A stretch of 15,026 nt of DNA. It comes from a virus. A program made the position numbers and the translations under genes. Below are positions 1 to 6,531 of the stretch, piece after piece (positions within the stretch are counted from its first letter, which is position 1; the number at the start of each line of letters is the position of its first letter). The notes beneath the pieces are model-generated. The model was given only the letters and a program-made list of their open reading frames with translations, was not told the origin of the DNA and searched no databases. The stretch is taken from IMG/VR virus record IMGVR_UViG_3300045988_095445. The stretch is one strand, 5' to 3'.

Positions 1-162
1 ATTTCATGGTATTCTGACAATACTATGATTTCATGGTATTCTGACAATACTATGAAATTAATTGAAAAGGATTTTCATGGTATTCTGACAATACCATGTC
101 ATAGTATTCTGACAATACCATGAAAGTAAATAAAAATCCATTTCATGGTATTCTGACAATAC
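1..162. repeat. Five direct copies of a 22-27 bp iteron/operator-like unit (TTTCATGGTATTCTGACAATAC[C/T]ATG). Each unit is an imperfect palindrome (CATGGTA...TACCATG). Copies 1 and 2 are perfectly tandem.
   Basis: Read directly: 1-27, 28-54, 73-98, 99-122 (variant TCATAGTATTCTGACAATACCATG), 141-162. Confidence 0.8.
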
Positions 163-181
163 AACAAATATAACATATATT

Positions 182-204
182 AGATAACAGAGTTAAGATA
201 ACAG
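182..204. repeat. 2x AGATAACAG direct repeat, 5 nt apart.
   Basis: Copies at 182-190 and 196-204. Confidence 0.5.
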
Positions 205-210
205 TCGCGA

Positions 211-234
211 CTTTTTCATGTATTTGTGAAAAAG
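211..234. promoter_or_regulatory. Perfect 8-bp inverted repeat CTTTTTCA-N8-TGAAAAAG (operator or hairpin).
   Basis: 211-218 is the reverse complement of 227-234. Confidence 0.5.
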
Positions 235-256
235 CGATGAGTAGGAGGATTAAGGC

Positions 257-319
257 ATGGAAGTATTTAAACCGATTAAGGTAGAAAATTATCAATTCAT
301 GAAGAATGGATTAAATTAG
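257..319 (+). CDS. Tiny ORF (20 aa, MEVFKPIKVENYQFMKNGLN) ending at TAG. It extends to 35 aa (TAA at 362-364) if TAG is read as sense. A second 12-aa ORF at 366-404 has SD AGAGGAG.
   Basis: Strong SD TAGGAGG 8 nt before ATG 257. No homology recognised, so this could be a leader peptide or spurious. Confidence 0.25.
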   Translation: MEVFKPIKVENYQFMKNGLN

Positions 320-404
320 TATACTTTGAAGGCAAGGTATATTTTGTAGAATAGAGGAGATTAATATGGCTATGAAGTGGAAGGTTTTAGAAATTTCGAT
401 TTAA

Positions 405-580
405 AAAATCCTAAGAAGAAGGGATTTAGAATTTCAAATTAAAAAAATAGGAGATAAGAGAGAGAATAGGAAGAGAGAGATAGAGAGATCTAATAAAGAT
501 GGATAGAGAAAGAAATAATAATAGAGTTTTAGTAAGAATAATAGAAAAAAAATAATAGAAATTGATAAAATAGGGAAGAG
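405..580 (+). other. Polypurine (A+G about 85%) low-complexity tract with GGAG/AGGAG-like motifs and AATAATAGA x3.
   Basis: Read directly: almost no C/T on the + strand across roughly 175 nt. Confidence 0.7.
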
Positions 581-671
581 GGGTGCCGATCGGGTCTAGA
601 TACGAACCATCACAACACTTGTCACAACGATCGTAAACCTAGCCTTCCGCGATTATAATATATATAAAAAA

Positions 672-697
672 GGAGAGAAGCTACAATACTTCTCTCC
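672..697 (-). terminator. Intrinsic terminator of gene 717-1172 (GGAGAGAAG-loop-CTTCTCTCC followed by a T-run on the - strand).
   Basis: 9-bp stem followed by TTTTTTATATAT on the minus strand. Confidence 0.7.
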
Positions 698-716
698 TTT
701 AATCTTTTTCCTCTTG

Positions 717-1172
717 TTACTTTAAATGCTTCAAAAACTCCATAATACTATCTTCATCAGACTTAGTATTACCCTTAACCTGAGGCACACTCTTTGCGAG
801 AGCATCAGAAATAGAGTCAACAGCAATGTCAATTACTTCATCAAGACTCTTTGCATTGACTACTCGAGCGGAAGTCTTAGCAGTTACAGTCATAGCCTGC
901 ATAAACTGCTTAATATCATTTGCTGTCCACTTAGGATTGCTCTTGCTATAAACCAGCGCAGCTACACGACCAACGTCATCCTCAGTGAGAGACAAATCAT
1001 CAACATTGCCATAAAAAGTAGACTCAATCTCATCCAGAAGAATATCTCGTTCATGGTCTGCGGCGTTAGCCTCGGAGATTCTATTCATAGCATCAGTAAA
1101 TGCCTTTGCAATCTCCTCCTGAGTAGAACCATTCTGCATTGCATCACGAATCATAATCTCATAACTATTCAT
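717..1172 (-). CDS. Hypothetical acidic (D/E-rich) protein, 151 aa.
   Basis: Clean ORF with TAA stop and a downstream terminator. No motif recognised. High negative charge is the basis for the DNA-mimic or anti-restriction suggestion in the findings, which is speculative. Confidence 0.6.
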   Translation of the reverse strand: MNSYEIMIRDAMQNGSTQEEIAKAFTDAMNRISEANAADHERDILLDEIESTFYGNVDDLSLTEDDVGRVAALVYSKSNPKWTANDIKQFMQAMTVTAKTSARVVNAKSLDEVIDIAVDSISDALAKSVPQVKGNTKSDEDSIMEFLKHLK

Positions 1173-1335
1173 AATAAGTTCTTTTAGTTAGAAAAAGCGT
1201 TATGATGCTTCTTAAACTAAAATCCTCCTTTTCTTTATCTTATGTATATATTATATTATATTTTTTATATATTGTCGAACCGATCGGGTCTAGATAAAAA
1301 GATCGCTTTAATGGAATCCCGCGGAAAAGATTTTT

Positions 1336-1712
1336 TCTTTTCAAATAGTTAGCAACATCTTTGCTATTGTTTGCTGTATCTTTAATGGTTTTAATTCTGT
1401 GAATATCACGAAATTTTGAAGAAAACGAGGCATTTTTTGCTTATTTTTAAGTAAATTTGTTAGAAAAAACGCGCATTTTTGCAAGATTTTCATTATATTT
1501 TGCGATAACAAGAGGTAAAAGATCGCGGGCCGATCGGTTTATCTAGCTAAAATCTCTATTTTTGAGCTATTTTTATCATAAAATCGTGTTAAACCGATCG
1601 GTTCCGCGAAAGAAATCTCTGGCCGTATTTGTTTTTCATAGCTATATCTTTGCTATTGCTAGTTGTATTTTAGAAAGTTTTGGTACTGTGAATACTTGAC
1701 AATTTTAAGATT
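1336..1712. repeat. Degenerate ~85-bp direct duplication (copy A about 1336-1425, copy B about 1632-1712) sharing ATCTTTGCTATTG...(41 nt)...TGTGAATA. Copy B carries a plus-strand TTGACA-N16-TATAAA promoter-like site at 1695-1722.
   Basis: Identical 13-mer (1357/1646) and 8-mer (1398/1687) at identical spacing. Confidence 0.6.
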
Positions 1713-1900
1713 TTTATTATAAAAAATTGGACGAGAGAGCCAATATTGTTGGACCGATCGGAACTAGATAAAGGAAGAAAAAAAGTAGGGCCGATCGGTA
1801 TTTGGAAGAGGGCGTTATGAATTTCGGGAAAATCGCTATGAAGTTGCGTTATGGCCAAGTTGCTATGAAAATTTTGCGCTATGGTCCGATCGGGGAAATT

Positions 1901-1972
1901 CGGGCCGAGTCGCCCGCGACCGGCCCGCCCAAAATTTTGCATAAAAAAAATCTCCCCTTATGGGGAGATTTT
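1901..1972 (-). terminator. Double intrinsic terminator: a GC hairpin (1901-1927, CGGGCCG...CGGCCCG) followed by hairpin TCTCCCC-TTAT-GGGGAGA (1951-1969) flanked by A- and T-runs, so it is bidirectional.
   Basis: Perfect stems. Same architecture as the intergenic modules further right. Confidence 0.7.
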
Positions 1973-1975
1973 TCT

Positions 1976-2326
1976 TTAGTTGAGAATTATTGGATATGCC
2001 TTGCGAATAACCACCGTAACCATGGCCGGGGGAGTGTCGCACAAGAAACGGTCATTTCTGATAAAACGACCAATTCCCATATTCTGCCACAAAGTCCGGT
2101 TTACATCCTCGTATCGGAGGGTATTATACTTGGAAAGTTTGATATGCCAATCATAGATAAAGCAACCATCTTCCGGCATGGTGTAATCTGGCGCCCGCTT
2201 ATAATTTCTCGTATGTTCCGCGGCTCTGCGCTCAAGATCATTTGTCGTACCAATCTTGAGAATATAGCGCCCCTTTTTGTCGATGTAATGTCCGACATAT
2301 AGGAACTCTTTTCCTCTTGTCTGCAA
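1976..2326 (-). CDS. GIY-YIG family nuclease, small standalone domain of 116 aa.
   Basis: LYVGHY...YILKIGTTNDLERRAAEH matches GIY-(10)-YIG-(x)-R-x3-E/H, with downstream E and N (YEDVN). The track ORF starts at TTG with no good SD, so the start is uncertain. Confidence 0.65.
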   Translation of the reverse strand: MQTRGKEFLYVGHYIDKKGRYILKIGTTNDLERRAAEHTRNYKRAPDYTMPEDGCFIYDWHIKLSKYNTLRYEDVNRTLWQNMGIGRFIRNDRFLCDTPPAMVTVVIRKAYPIILN

Positions 2327-2351
2327 ACCAACTATAACTTACCTCTTTTCT

Positions 2352-2379
2352 GGTAGGGCCGGGGTAGGCCGACCCTACC
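2352..2379. terminator. GC-rich hairpin GGTAGGG...CCCTACC between gene 2383-2700 and the GIY-YIG gene.
   Basis: 7-bp stem. T-rich on the + side only, so it may act as an attenuator. Confidence 0.35.
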
Positions 2380-2382
2380 CCG

Positions 2383-2700
2383 TTATTTCTTCGGTTTACG
2401 CTTTTGCACAAGCGTCAACTCGAAACTATCCCCACCAATAGAAAACGCAATCTGTCTTTCCTTGTTAGTAATAGACAAGTCAGCGATAGAGAATTGACTG
2501 TTTTTTTCCAAAAACTCTGCCAATTCCGCAATTATACCGCCTTTCGTGGCGTTTGGCTTGCGTTGCCGTGTAGTGAACTTATATGCGGTTGGCTGTTTGC
2601 GCGTTCCAGCATGGGCAAACTTTTGAGCGATTTTCGCCTTTTCTGGCGGTAAATCGTATTCAGTCTTTTTATCAGCCTCTACCGCCTTATCATAGGCCAA
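2383..2700 (-). CDS. Hypothetical basic protein, 105 aa.
   Basis: ORF with TAA stop and SD GAGGAGG upstream. No motif recognised. Confidence 0.55.
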   Translation of the reverse strand: MAYDKAVEADKKTEYDLPPEKAKIAQKFAHAGTRKQPTAYKFTTRQRKPNATKGGIIAELAEFLEKNSQFSIADLSITNKERQIAFSIGGDSFELTLVQKRKPKK

Positions 2701-2805
2701 TAAATCTGCCTCCTCTTCCGGCGTTAATTGCAGGGCTTTATACCTTGCAATCCGTTCAGCGTCACTAATGCGACTGGATATAATATCACCCCCATATTAT
2801 AAGTT

Positions 2806-2830
2806 AGGGCGGGGATTTTCACCCCGCCCT
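2806..2830 (-). terminator. Hairpin AGGGCGGGG-ATTTTCA-CCCCGCCCT. It is nearly identical to the hairpin at 5597-5622.
   Basis: 9-bp perfect stem immediately after the stop of gene 2839-3249. Confidence 0.6.
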
Positions 2831-2838
2831 ATACGGGG

Positions 2839-3249
2839 TTACGCCATCTTAAAGAGGGACTTGCCCTTCTTCTCCGTGCAGACTACTCGACCATCGAATT
2901 TCAACTGCCGCACAAGAGCGGCGACCTTCTGGTTAGAATAGGCCGTCAGATCAGGAATAGCCTTAAAAATTTCCGTGCAGGTCACGCCATCGGTATCGGC
3001 GTCCAGACCAGCCAGATACTCCATAATCTGCTCCTTAAAATTCTCATTCTCCTGCTGGGTGGGAGTCAACTTCTTATCACCGCTGGAGCTATTCTTCTTA
3101 CGCAGAAGCTCCAGCTCATGGTCAATGACAGTAATAGCCACCTCGATGGTAGTGCCATACTTTACCTCGCCGTCAGTCAAGAGGGCCTTAATGTCCTCAA
3201 AACGCTGGGCCTTAGTAGTGCGGATTTTCTTCTCGTCCATAATATACAT
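2839..3249 (-). CDS. Hypothetical protein, 136 aa. It is driven by four tandem promoters.
   Basis: ORF with TAA stop and SD AAAGGA. The C-terminal VTCTEIFKAIPDLTAYSNQKVAALVRQLKFDGRV might be a winged-helix, but that is weak. Confidence 0.6.
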   Translation of the reverse strand: MYIMDEKKIRTTKAQRFEDIKALLTDGEVKYGTTIEVAITVIDHELELLRKKNSSSGDKKLTPTQQENENFKEQIMEYLAGLDADTDGVTCTEIFKAIPDLTAYSNQKVAALVRQLKFDGRVVCTEKKGKSLFKMA

Positions 3250-3283
3250 CCTTTCTGGTTTTTAGGACTGTCCTTGTCCTTTG

Positions 3284-3490
3284 ATTATATTGTACCACAC
3301 TATTTGGTACTTGTCAAGAGGTTTTTCAAACTTTTTTCAAGAACTTTTGCTCTTTACTTGTTTGCCCTCTCAACCTCCCTTATAGTGTAACACACTTTGG
3401 AAAGTTTGTCAAGTCCTTTTTATTTAATTTTCAAGGTACATTGCCTTGTTTTCTGTACCTATTATAGCACATCTTCAAAGGCTTGTCAAG
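3284..3490 (-). promoter_or_regulatory. Three tandem near-consensus sigma-A/sigma-70 promoters on the minus strand, each with extended -10 (TGn).
   Basis: TTGACA-17-TGgTACAAT (3289-3317), TTGACA-17-TGtTACACT (3384-3412) and TTGACA-17-TGcTATAAT (3461-3489). Spacers counted directly. Confidence 0.75.
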
Positions 3491-3560
3491 AGGTTTTTGA
3501 AAGATTTTTGAGAAATTCGCTGTCGCTGTCTGCCGTTCGTTTCTCTCACTTTCTGAATGT

Positions 3561-3760
3561 ATTTTACCACAAGCAAAAGCAGATTGCAAGCGTCAAATTG
3601 CACAAAAATTGGAATTTTGGGAGAAAGTTTTTGTGCAGAATTTTGCACAAAACGGGGCTGAAATTTTTGTGCAACATTTACAAAGAAAAACTCGGGTCGC
3701 GCCGTTCCTGCGCGACCCGCTCAAATTTTGTATAAAAAAAGAAGGGCCGAAGCCCTTCTT
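3561..3760 (-). promoter_or_regulatory. Intergenic module A. On the minus strand it runs: terminator 1 (3741-3758), GC-hairpin terminator 2 (3693-3719), palindrome TTGTGCA-N6-TGCACAA (3631-3650) plus half-sites TTGCACAA (3598) and TTGTGCAA (3666), then promoter TTGCAA-17-TGgTAAAAT (3561-3589).
   Basis: Read directly. Terminator 1 (AAAAGAAGGGCCGAAGCCCTTCTT) is identical to 6509-6531. Confidence 0.7.
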
Positions 3761-3941
3761 AACAGAAAATACAGTTATCCAGAAAATCAAACAGGTGTTC
3801 ATCCTCAATGGGAACATTTACCAGCATATTTCCATCTTCGTCAATATCATCATGACACCATCCTATACGCTCAATAATTTGAATTGCCATGTAAACGGCA
3901 TCTGCACACAGAGAAGAGGTATATACAATTTTTGTTACCAT
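3759..3941 (-). CDS. Small protein, 60 aa (MVTKIVYTSSLCADAVYMAIQIIERIGWCHDDIDEDGNMLVNVPIEDEHLFDFLDNCIFC).
   Basis: The 111-aa track ORF 3759-4094 is a fusion artefact. The real start is ATG 3941, with SD GAGGAGG 6 nt upstream, right after the TAA of the upstream gene. Confidence 0.6.
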   Translation of the reverse strand: MVTKIVYTSSLCADAVYMAIQIIERIGWCHDDIDEDGNMLVNVPIEDEHLFDFLDNCIFC

Positions 3942-3942
3942 T

Positions 3943-4134
3943 TTATTCCTCCTCGAAATCATCAACCCCATATTGTCTCTGATATTCGTCACAGTCAAAC
4001 CATGGCTCACCCAAAGAGCAACAAAGTGATTCCGTGTCAAAATCTGGACAGATAGTATCATAGATTTGTTCTGGATCCATGCCTTCCTCGGCATAATGCG
4101 GGCAACTCCACCGCATACAATGAACCTGAGACAT
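3943..4134 (-). CDS. Small acidic Cys-rich protein, 63 aa (six Cys, possible Zn-binding).
   Basis: ORF with TAA stop and SD AAAGGA. Stop-start adjacent to the 60-aa gene. Confidence 0.55.
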   Translation of the reverse strand: MSQVHCMRWSCPHYAEEGMDPEQIYDTICPDFDTESLCCSLGEPWFDCDEYQRQYGVDDFEEE

Positions 4135-4148
4135 ATTATTTCCTTTCT

Positions 4149-4176
4149 GCCGGGCGGGGCTTTAAGCCCCTACCCG
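4149..4176 (-). terminator. Hairpin CCGGGCGGGGCTT-TAA-AGCCCCTACCCGG.
   Basis: Stem GGGGCT/AGCCCC plus an outer CCGGG/CCCGG pairing, immediately downstream of the exonuclease stop. Confidence 0.5.
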
Positions 4177-4986
4177 GATAGTTGGAATTGAACGCATACT
4201 TGCGGAAAGCTGACGCTGAAAATCTGTCATAGGAGGAAATTCTCTCTTATTCTCATACAGAGCCTTTCTCATGGGCTTATGTTGACGCATACAGTACCAC
4301 ATGATTTCCGCCTCAATGAGAACATCTTCAAGCCCCGTATGACTTTCCTCAAAATCGGTATTTCCAGAGATAAACCGCCACACGATTTCCGCAGTCTTAC
4401 GAGGAACGCCATTGGCCTGGATATATCCATTTTCCTGACAGAATTTCTTATAAGTGGGCATATTGCAGATAACATCTTGTGTCATCTTCATAATGTCCCA
4501 AATTTCCACACTGTCAAACGGGAACCAGTAGCGAAACTTAGAGCAAGTGACCCATCGTTGAATGACCCGCAGAGCGTTATCGTCAAACCGGGCATTATAA
4601 GCAGCCACCTCTTTAATGCCGTATCGCTCGATAGTATCAAGCATAGCCTGCCGGATTTCATAGGTTGTAGCCATCTTACGAGTGCCGGCCCGCAATTCCT
4701 CAACATAGCGGGGGATTTTCCAATTATAATAGGCCGTCCGCATTAAATCCCGCTCGTCATTGAAAATGTCCCGATTTACAAAACTTGCAGTTTCGTAAAT
4801 ATTGCCCTTGGTATCTACTACGGCCCAGCCGCAGTCATATACCAGTACATTTGACATATCCATGCGGACACGCTCAGGAGTGATAATCTCCCCATCTTCC
4901 CCGATTTCAGCGGGAACGGTTTCGGTTAGTGTGTTGGCGGTTTCAGTGTCAACCACCAGCACATAATGTCTGCGTTTATCAATCAT
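4162..4986 (-). CDS. DEDDh-family 3'-5' exonuclease (DnaQ/RNase T-like), 274 aa.
   Basis: Exo I VLVVDTETAN, Exo II VAAYNARFDDNAL and Exo III HTGLEDVLIEAEI (H-x4-D) in canonical order. Confidence 0.75.
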   Translation of the reverse strand: MIDKRRHYVLVVDTETANTLTETVPAEIGEDGEIITPERVRMDMSNVLVYDCGWAVVDTKGNIYETASFVNRDIFNDERDLMRTAYYNWKIPRYVEELRAGTRKMATTYEIRQAMLDTIERYGIKEVAAYNARFDDNALRVIQRWVTCSKFRYWFPFDSVEIWDIMKMTQDVICNMPTYKKFCQENGYIQANGVPRKTAEIVWRFISGNTDFEESHTGLEDVLIEAEIMWYCMRQHKPMRKALYENKREFPPMTDFQRQLSASMRSIPTIRVGA

Positions 4987-5020
4987 AATCTATCAAGTCC
5001 TTTCTTCTCTTGATGGTATT

Positions 5021-5049
5021 ATTATAGCACATTTAAGGCTTGGTGTCAA
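5021..5049 (-). promoter_or_regulatory. Consensus promoter TTGACA-17-TGcTATAAT (minus strand).
   Basis: -35 at 5044-5049 and -10 at 5021-5026, spacer 17. Confidence 0.7.
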
Positions 5050-5211
5050 GAGGAAAAGGAAATTTTGTTGCGATTTATTGCAAGCTACTGGACGATGGAA
5101 TGGCCTATTCCAAAGGCGCTCGCTCGACTTATAACACAAATACCCATTTTCTTCCTTTACTTTCTAAGAGTTCGCGACCTCTTGATTTCTTGGCCTCTCC
5201 CTCCTGACATG

Positions 5212-5380
5212 ATAATAATACCATACTTTTGGGAGAATTGCAAGATGGCAAATTGCACAACTTTTTGCCACCAAAATTGTGCAACATCTACAAAGAAAAA
5301 AATTCGGCGCGCCGCGTGCGTCAGCGCGCCGCTCAAATGACAATAAAAAAATACCCCTCTCATTATTGAGAGGGGTATTT
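5212..5380 (-). promoter_or_regulatory. Intergenic module B: terminator hairpin 5353-5378, GC-hairpin terminator 5305-5331 (identical to 6461-6487), TTGCACAA (5253) and TTGTGCAA (5278), promoter TTGCAA-17-TGgTATTAT (5215-5243).
   Basis: Read directly. Confidence 0.7.
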
Positions 5381-5581
5381 TTAATATCCAATATATTCCC
5401 TGTTGATTAGTTCATCTATTCCGTATACCAGATCATCAAGAGAGATAGGAAAGTCATCATCAATTTCATTATCTTCCATATTCCTGCTAATCTGGCTTAT
5501 GAGGATTGACGCATCTCTCAAGGCTTTTTTCTCTATCGAACCGAGAACAAGCCTATTAACTTTCCGAATTTCCATTTGCAA
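5381..5581 (-). CDS. Small acidic protein, 66 aa.
   Basis: ORF with TAA stop. No promoter of its own, so it is probably co-transcribed with the upstream genes. Confidence 0.45.
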   Translation of the reverse strand: MQMEIRKVNRLVLGSIEKKALRDASILISQISRNMEDNEIDDDFPISLDDLVYGIDELINREYIGY

Positions 5582-5596
5582 AACTCCCTTTCTTTG

Positions 5597-5622
5597 CGGG
5601 GCGGGGATTTTAACCCCGCCCT
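5597..5622 (-). terminator. Hairpin GGGCGGGG-ATTTTAA-CCCCGCCC. It is a near-copy of the 2806-2830 hairpin.
   Basis: 8-bp GC stem after the stop of gene 5628-6089. Confidence 0.55.
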
Positions 5623-5627
5623 CTTAC

Positions 5628-6089
5628 TCAGTTTAGATTGTTGATATATTCGATTATGTCTGTCTCTCCTGGATTTATTGTATCTCCTAAATGCCAACCG
5701 TGCCTAATTTTATCATTATCATCAAAAAGGATAAACGGCGGTTCATAGAAACTACGGAATACACATTTGGCTTTGGTCGTTCCGTATGCTACACAATGGC
5801 ATTTATGAGCCGGGAATTTATACCTTGCAAGCCATTCCTTTTTAGCGGCTGTGACTGCTTTCTTATATTCGGGAGTGCTTTCGGGCGGTAGCCATGTAAT
5901 TACTCTAATTTCCCATCCGTTATTGATTGCCTTTAGAAGCGCATTTCTAAGAGCTTCCATGTCCCACATAGGGGCCGCGTCTCGGAATGGGGTGGGGTCT
6001 CCATTGCGGAGTTTTTCGAGCCAATTAGGGACTGCATACAAGTCCGCGATAGTTCCATCCATGTCAAAGCAGAGCATTTTTTTAGTCAT
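5628..6089 (-). CDS. HAD-superfamily hydrolase, probably a 5'(3')-deoxyribonucleotidase-like (NT5C family) nucleotidase, 153 aa.
   Basis: Motif I FDMDGTIAD (DxDGT), Ser/Thr motif (VITW), Lys (KKEW) and motif IV FDDND. The start overlaps the upstream gene end. Confidence 0.6.
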   Translation of the reverse strand: MTKKMLCFDMDGTIADLYAVPNWLEKLRNGDPTPFRDAAPMWDMEALRNALLKAINNGWEIRVITWLPPESTPEYKKAVTAAKKEWLARYKFPAHKCHCVAYGTTKAKCVFRSFYEPPFILFDDNDKIRHGWHLGDTINPGETDIIEYINNLN

Positions 6090-6095
6090 TGTATA

Positions 6096-6344
6096 TCAAT
6101 CTCCTTTTGTTTTATTATACCACTTGTTGCCTACCTTGTCAACAAGTTTTTCAAAAAAAGTTTTACGCCGACATACCTTATAAGGTATTGACATATAATC
6201 TACATAGATCAGAGGATCTTGTAAAAGCACAGTCTGTATATAAATCTCATAATTAACCGGGGTAGTAGTATGCCCGAATTGTCTATGATAAATTTCAGCT
6301 ACGGTTAAGTATTCGTTAGGCTGAATAAACTTTGAAGGTTTCAT
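6096..6344 (-). CDS. Hypothetical protein, 82 aa. Its 3' end encodes the promoter and SD for the HAD gene.
   Basis: Strong SD GGAGGGG. TGA stop 6 nt before the HAD ATG. Confidence 0.55.
   Translation of the reverse strand: MKPSKFIQPNEYLTVAEIYHRQFGHTTTPVNYEIYIQTVLLQDPLIYVDYMSIPYKVCRRKTFFEKLVDKVGNKWYNKTKGD
6114..6142 (-). promoter_or_regulatory. Consensus promoter TTGACA-17-TGgTATAAT embedded inside the coding sequence of gene 6096-6344. It drives the HAD gene.
   Basis: -35 at 6137-6142, -10 at 6114-6119, spacer 17. Confidence 0.55.
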
Positions 6345-6371
6345 TTAGTATCCCCTCCTTTTTCTGTACTA

Positions 6372-6531
6372 ATAATACCATAATTTAAGGATAATTGCAA
6401 GATGGCAAATTGCACAAGATTTCAAGACAAAAATTGTGTAGAACTTACAAATAAGAAAACTCGGCGCGCCGCGTGCGTCAGCGCGCCGTCGAATTTTTAG
6501 TATATAAAAAAGAAGGGCCGAAGCCCTTCTT
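6372..6531 (-). promoter_or_regulatory. Intergenic module C: terminator 6512-6529 (same as 3741-3758), GC hairpin 6461-6487 (same as 5305-5331), TTGCACAA (6409), TTGTGTAG (6433), promoter TTGCAA-17-TGgTATTAT (6372-6400).
   Basis: Read directly. Confidence 0.7.

Larger units (their letters stand above)
586..1893. repeat. Cluster of seven copies of the 8-bp palindrome CCGATCGG (GATC/PvuI core). Three occur as the composite CCGATCGG-NN-CTAGATA. This is an origin-, partition- or methylation-site-like array.
   Basis: Copies at 586, 1280, 1530, 1594, 1754, 1791 and 1886. Composite forms at 586-602, 1280-1296 and 1754-1770, with an inverted variant at 1530-1546. Extra GATCGC sites at 1301 and 1521. 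An 8th copy lies at 12588. Confidence 0.75.

Noticed and set aside
1-172. Repeat array as a CRISPR array.
   Set aside because: The units are palindromic, of unequal spacing (27, 27, 18, 0-1 and 18 nt gaps), and lack regular unique spacers. The pattern is iteron- or operator-like.
726-1187. Plus-strand 153-aa ORF in the six-frame track.
   Set aside because: It is exactly antisense to the well-formed minus-strand gene 717-1172. It has no SD and a low-complexity translation.
1802-2302. Plus-strand 166-aa ORF.
   Set aside because: It runs through the double terminator at 1901-1972 and is antisense to the GIY-YIG gene. It starts inside the iteron-like region with no SD.
2101-2331. Minus-strand 76-aa ORF overlapping the GIY-YIG gene in another frame.
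   Set aside because: It is an alternative frame of a gene with a recognisable domain and has no independent signals.
3397-4055. Plus-strand ORFs 3397-3735 and 3609-4055, minus-strand ORF 3593-3817, and the 111-aa ORF 3759-4094.
   Set aside because: They span promoters, palindromic operators and terminator hairpins of module A. The 111-aa ORF is a fusion artefact: the real gene starts at ATG 3941 with a strong SD, and a separate 63-aa gene ends at 3943.
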